The notes beneath the pieces were generated by a model. It had not been told where the DNA came from, did not search any database, and saw only the letters and a list, made by a program, of their open reading frames with translations. A stretch of 63,062 nucleotides of DNA, filler included. It is 15 parts of 15 records of this genome, joined end to end, with 100 filler letters (N's around TTAATTAATTAA, not from the genome) between each part and the next. Parts side by side here need not be neighbours in the genome. Positions count along the whole stretch, not along the records: positions 60,542 to 63,062 come from SRR9670534_1083; 14 more parts are not named here. One strand, written 5' to 3'. Each line of letters begins with the position of its first letter. The first letter of the stretch is position 1. Positions 60,977 through 63,062 of the stretch are shown one piece after another. The translations under genes were made by a program, and so were the position numbers.

Positions 60977-61964
60977 TTGTTTGGCTTTAATTTGAGGTTG
61001 AATTGGAATGTTATCAAGGAAACAAATGAGCAAAATCAAGCCAATTACAGCAAATGACAAAAGCAGTGCAGACAAGGGTATCCAAGTGAATTGTTTCAAT
61101 CCATTATCTAAAATAGACTCAGAACAAATTGATGGATACTGACAGACAGGCAGCTGTATTTCACTTCTAATTAAATTGTGTCCAAATCACACTTTCTCTG
61201 TGGTAACTTGAAAGTAATTGCACAAACTAGTGATCTTTGTCTATTGCTACTTGTATTGATAATTAACATAATAAATAAACACATACATGAATAATAAGTA
61301 AGGGTTTTGGGCAACTCACCAGAAGGCTCCACAAAGTCTGATACAAAACTGGGCTTAAAGTCTTTGTCATTAATTCCACATTGAAGAACATAGGGAAGGG
61401 TAGAGTTGATGTGGGTAAGATGCTGATTGATTAAGTTGTTGTATTTAATCTTGAGTAGGGTAACTGATGGGATATTTGCCAGGATATCAACAAGGGGTAT
61501 TAGGGTGGGTATAAGTAAGTAACTTTTAGGGCTGATTTGTGCCAAGTAATTGATCAATGCTGGGGGGAAGATTACTATTCCTAAGCCTATAAATAGACAC
61601 CCAGGAAGTAGGATAAACCCTGCAGGGAAAAAGTGCCCAGTTATCCAAACAGCATGTAAAAGACAGGCAGTGGACAGTGCCCACTTTGTGGAAATATGCT
61701 GCATAATGGCTGGTCCAATTGGAAATGTAATTACAGCAAAGAAGTATACCAATGACATGGTCAATGAGCCTAATTGTAAATGGACACTGGTTTCAATGGC
61801 ATTCAAAGTGCTAAATCCACTTAAAACTATTATGTAAGCCAAAAGTACCAGGATTACATTCTTTTTCTCCCTCTTTGTTGAAAGAAAGGGGTTTGATATC
61901 TCATTGTTCATATAGGAAATGTCAGGAAGTATGTCATCTTTGTCATCAATAAATGATGTATCAA
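60977..61964 (-). CDS. UNC-93-like MFS membrane protein, N-terminal half
   Basis: Exons 61964-61320 and 61107-60977. LSGFSTLNAIETSV...LG...MSLVY...P.IMQHISTKW...FFP...LLP...IGLG, then CG..D and LICFLD, fit the UNC-93 pattern. Confidence 0.8.
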
Positions 61965-62654
61965 CTAAATTGATTTTAAAAAAAAGTAAAGTAAATTTTT
62001 AATTAGTTATTACTTTAGTGAAATTTAATTATTGCTAGTTTAGATGTTAATAATAAATGTATTAGTTATTTATTATTCATGACAGATGAACAAGACAAAT
62101 TTAGCTAACTATTATCTTACTTTCATTATTTTAACAAGGATTACAACAAAGCAACTTATTATTAATGAGGGAAAGTCATGCAAAGGACTCATCATGTAAA
62201 TAGTACATTATTAATAATAATAATAACTATAATAATTTAATAATAATACAGTCTTGACTATCCTATACAATATATGCATTACTATAGTAGCTATTATAGT
62301 ACAGTTATAAATAAAAACAAACATATCATACAATTAAACTTTTTTATTAAAGTAAAGTATTTTAATTGATTATTAAAAATTATGTAACAGCTTTTTAAAG
62401 AAGTTTAGATACAATGCTTTAATAATATAAAGGATAATTTCTATAAAACTAATGTTTAGTTATTTTTAATAATGATTATATATAATACTTTACAAACATT
62501 TTATAAACTTTATATCTTTGTAATATAAAGATTTAGAAATATTTTATACAAAGACAAAGTATTTATAAAAACATTTAAAACATAATACTTAATTAACACT
62601 TATTAATATTACATAATAAGTCAGCAAAGAATCCTTAACTGATTTATAACTTAT

Positions 62655-62795
62655 AAATTTATATTAAAAATTATATACAAATAACACTGATTATTAAATA
62701 GAAGTTATTAAGTACTTATAAATTATAAGTACTTAATAATAACCTCTATTTAATAATCAGTGTTATCTGTATATAATTTTTAATAATATAAATTT
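62655..62795. repeat. Long AT-rich near-perfect palindrome (~68-nt arms)
   Basis: TATAC.ATAACACTGATTATTAAATAGA.GTTATTAAGTACTTATAA pairs with TTATAAGTACTTAATAA...TCTATTTAATAATCAGTGTTAT.TGTATA; loop of about 1-3 nt. Confidence 0.88.
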
Positions 62796-63062
62796 TTTAA
62801 TATATTATTTTTAAACATACACTTTTGTTATATTATTATATCATTTATTGTTAACACATAATATATATTTGTATATAAACTTAATTTGTCTTAAAAGAAA
62901 ATAGGTTTTATATATATCTTTTAATTTAAAAATTTATAAATATATGTTTAGTAAATATATTTATAAATATATATGCATATAGCAAATAGATAGTATACAT
63001 ATATACATCTATTTATAAATACATTATGTACAGTACATAGTATCATACTATTAGTATGTACT

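Noticed and set aside
1-63062. tRNA, rRNA, snRNA or spliced-leader RNA genes; species assignment
   Set aside because: None recognised by eye (a covariance-model search is needed to exclude them). The taxon cannot be fixed beyond invertebrate metazoan without a database search.

Overview
This window is not one locus. It is 15 short contigs (about 2-7 kb each) joined by 14 identical 100-nt artificial spacers (N44-TTAATTAATTAA-N44), so nothing can be inferred across a spacer. The DNA is AT-rich, intron-containing nuclear DNA of an invertebrate animal: integrin beta, achaete-scute bHLH, an SLC18 vesicular transporter and Ly6/uPAR are all present. The species cannot be assigned from sequence alone. 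Manually spliced genes: a membrane-anchored double-pentraxin protein, a Ly6/three-finger protein, SLC18 (3' end), COX11, ASCL class b, an intronless BIR/IAP-like gene, EFCAB6-like, PIGQ (3' part), a two-domain GNAT, a BC-box LRRC41-like protein, PPP5C (3' part), TMEM251/LYSET, DDB1 (5' part), BRSK/SAD kinase (5' part), integrin beta (internal), ABLIM and UNC-93-like. Mobile DNA: an APE-RT non-LTR retrotransposon, a Ty3/Gypsy pol, several MITE/foldback families and a decayed orphan ORF. The best leads for something new are in the LINE. Its ORF1 and ORF2 are in one frame joined by TGA-CTA with no usable ORF2 ATG (candidate programmed readthrough), and upstream lies an array of six ~32-nt units whose 6-bp hairpin stems show compensatory changes. 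Other leads are a 38-bp element with an 8-bp target-site duplication, a ~430-aa Asn-rich insert in the Gypsy pol, and tightly packed co-directional gene pairs. Exon coordinates were read by eye and may be off by a few bases. No database search was run.
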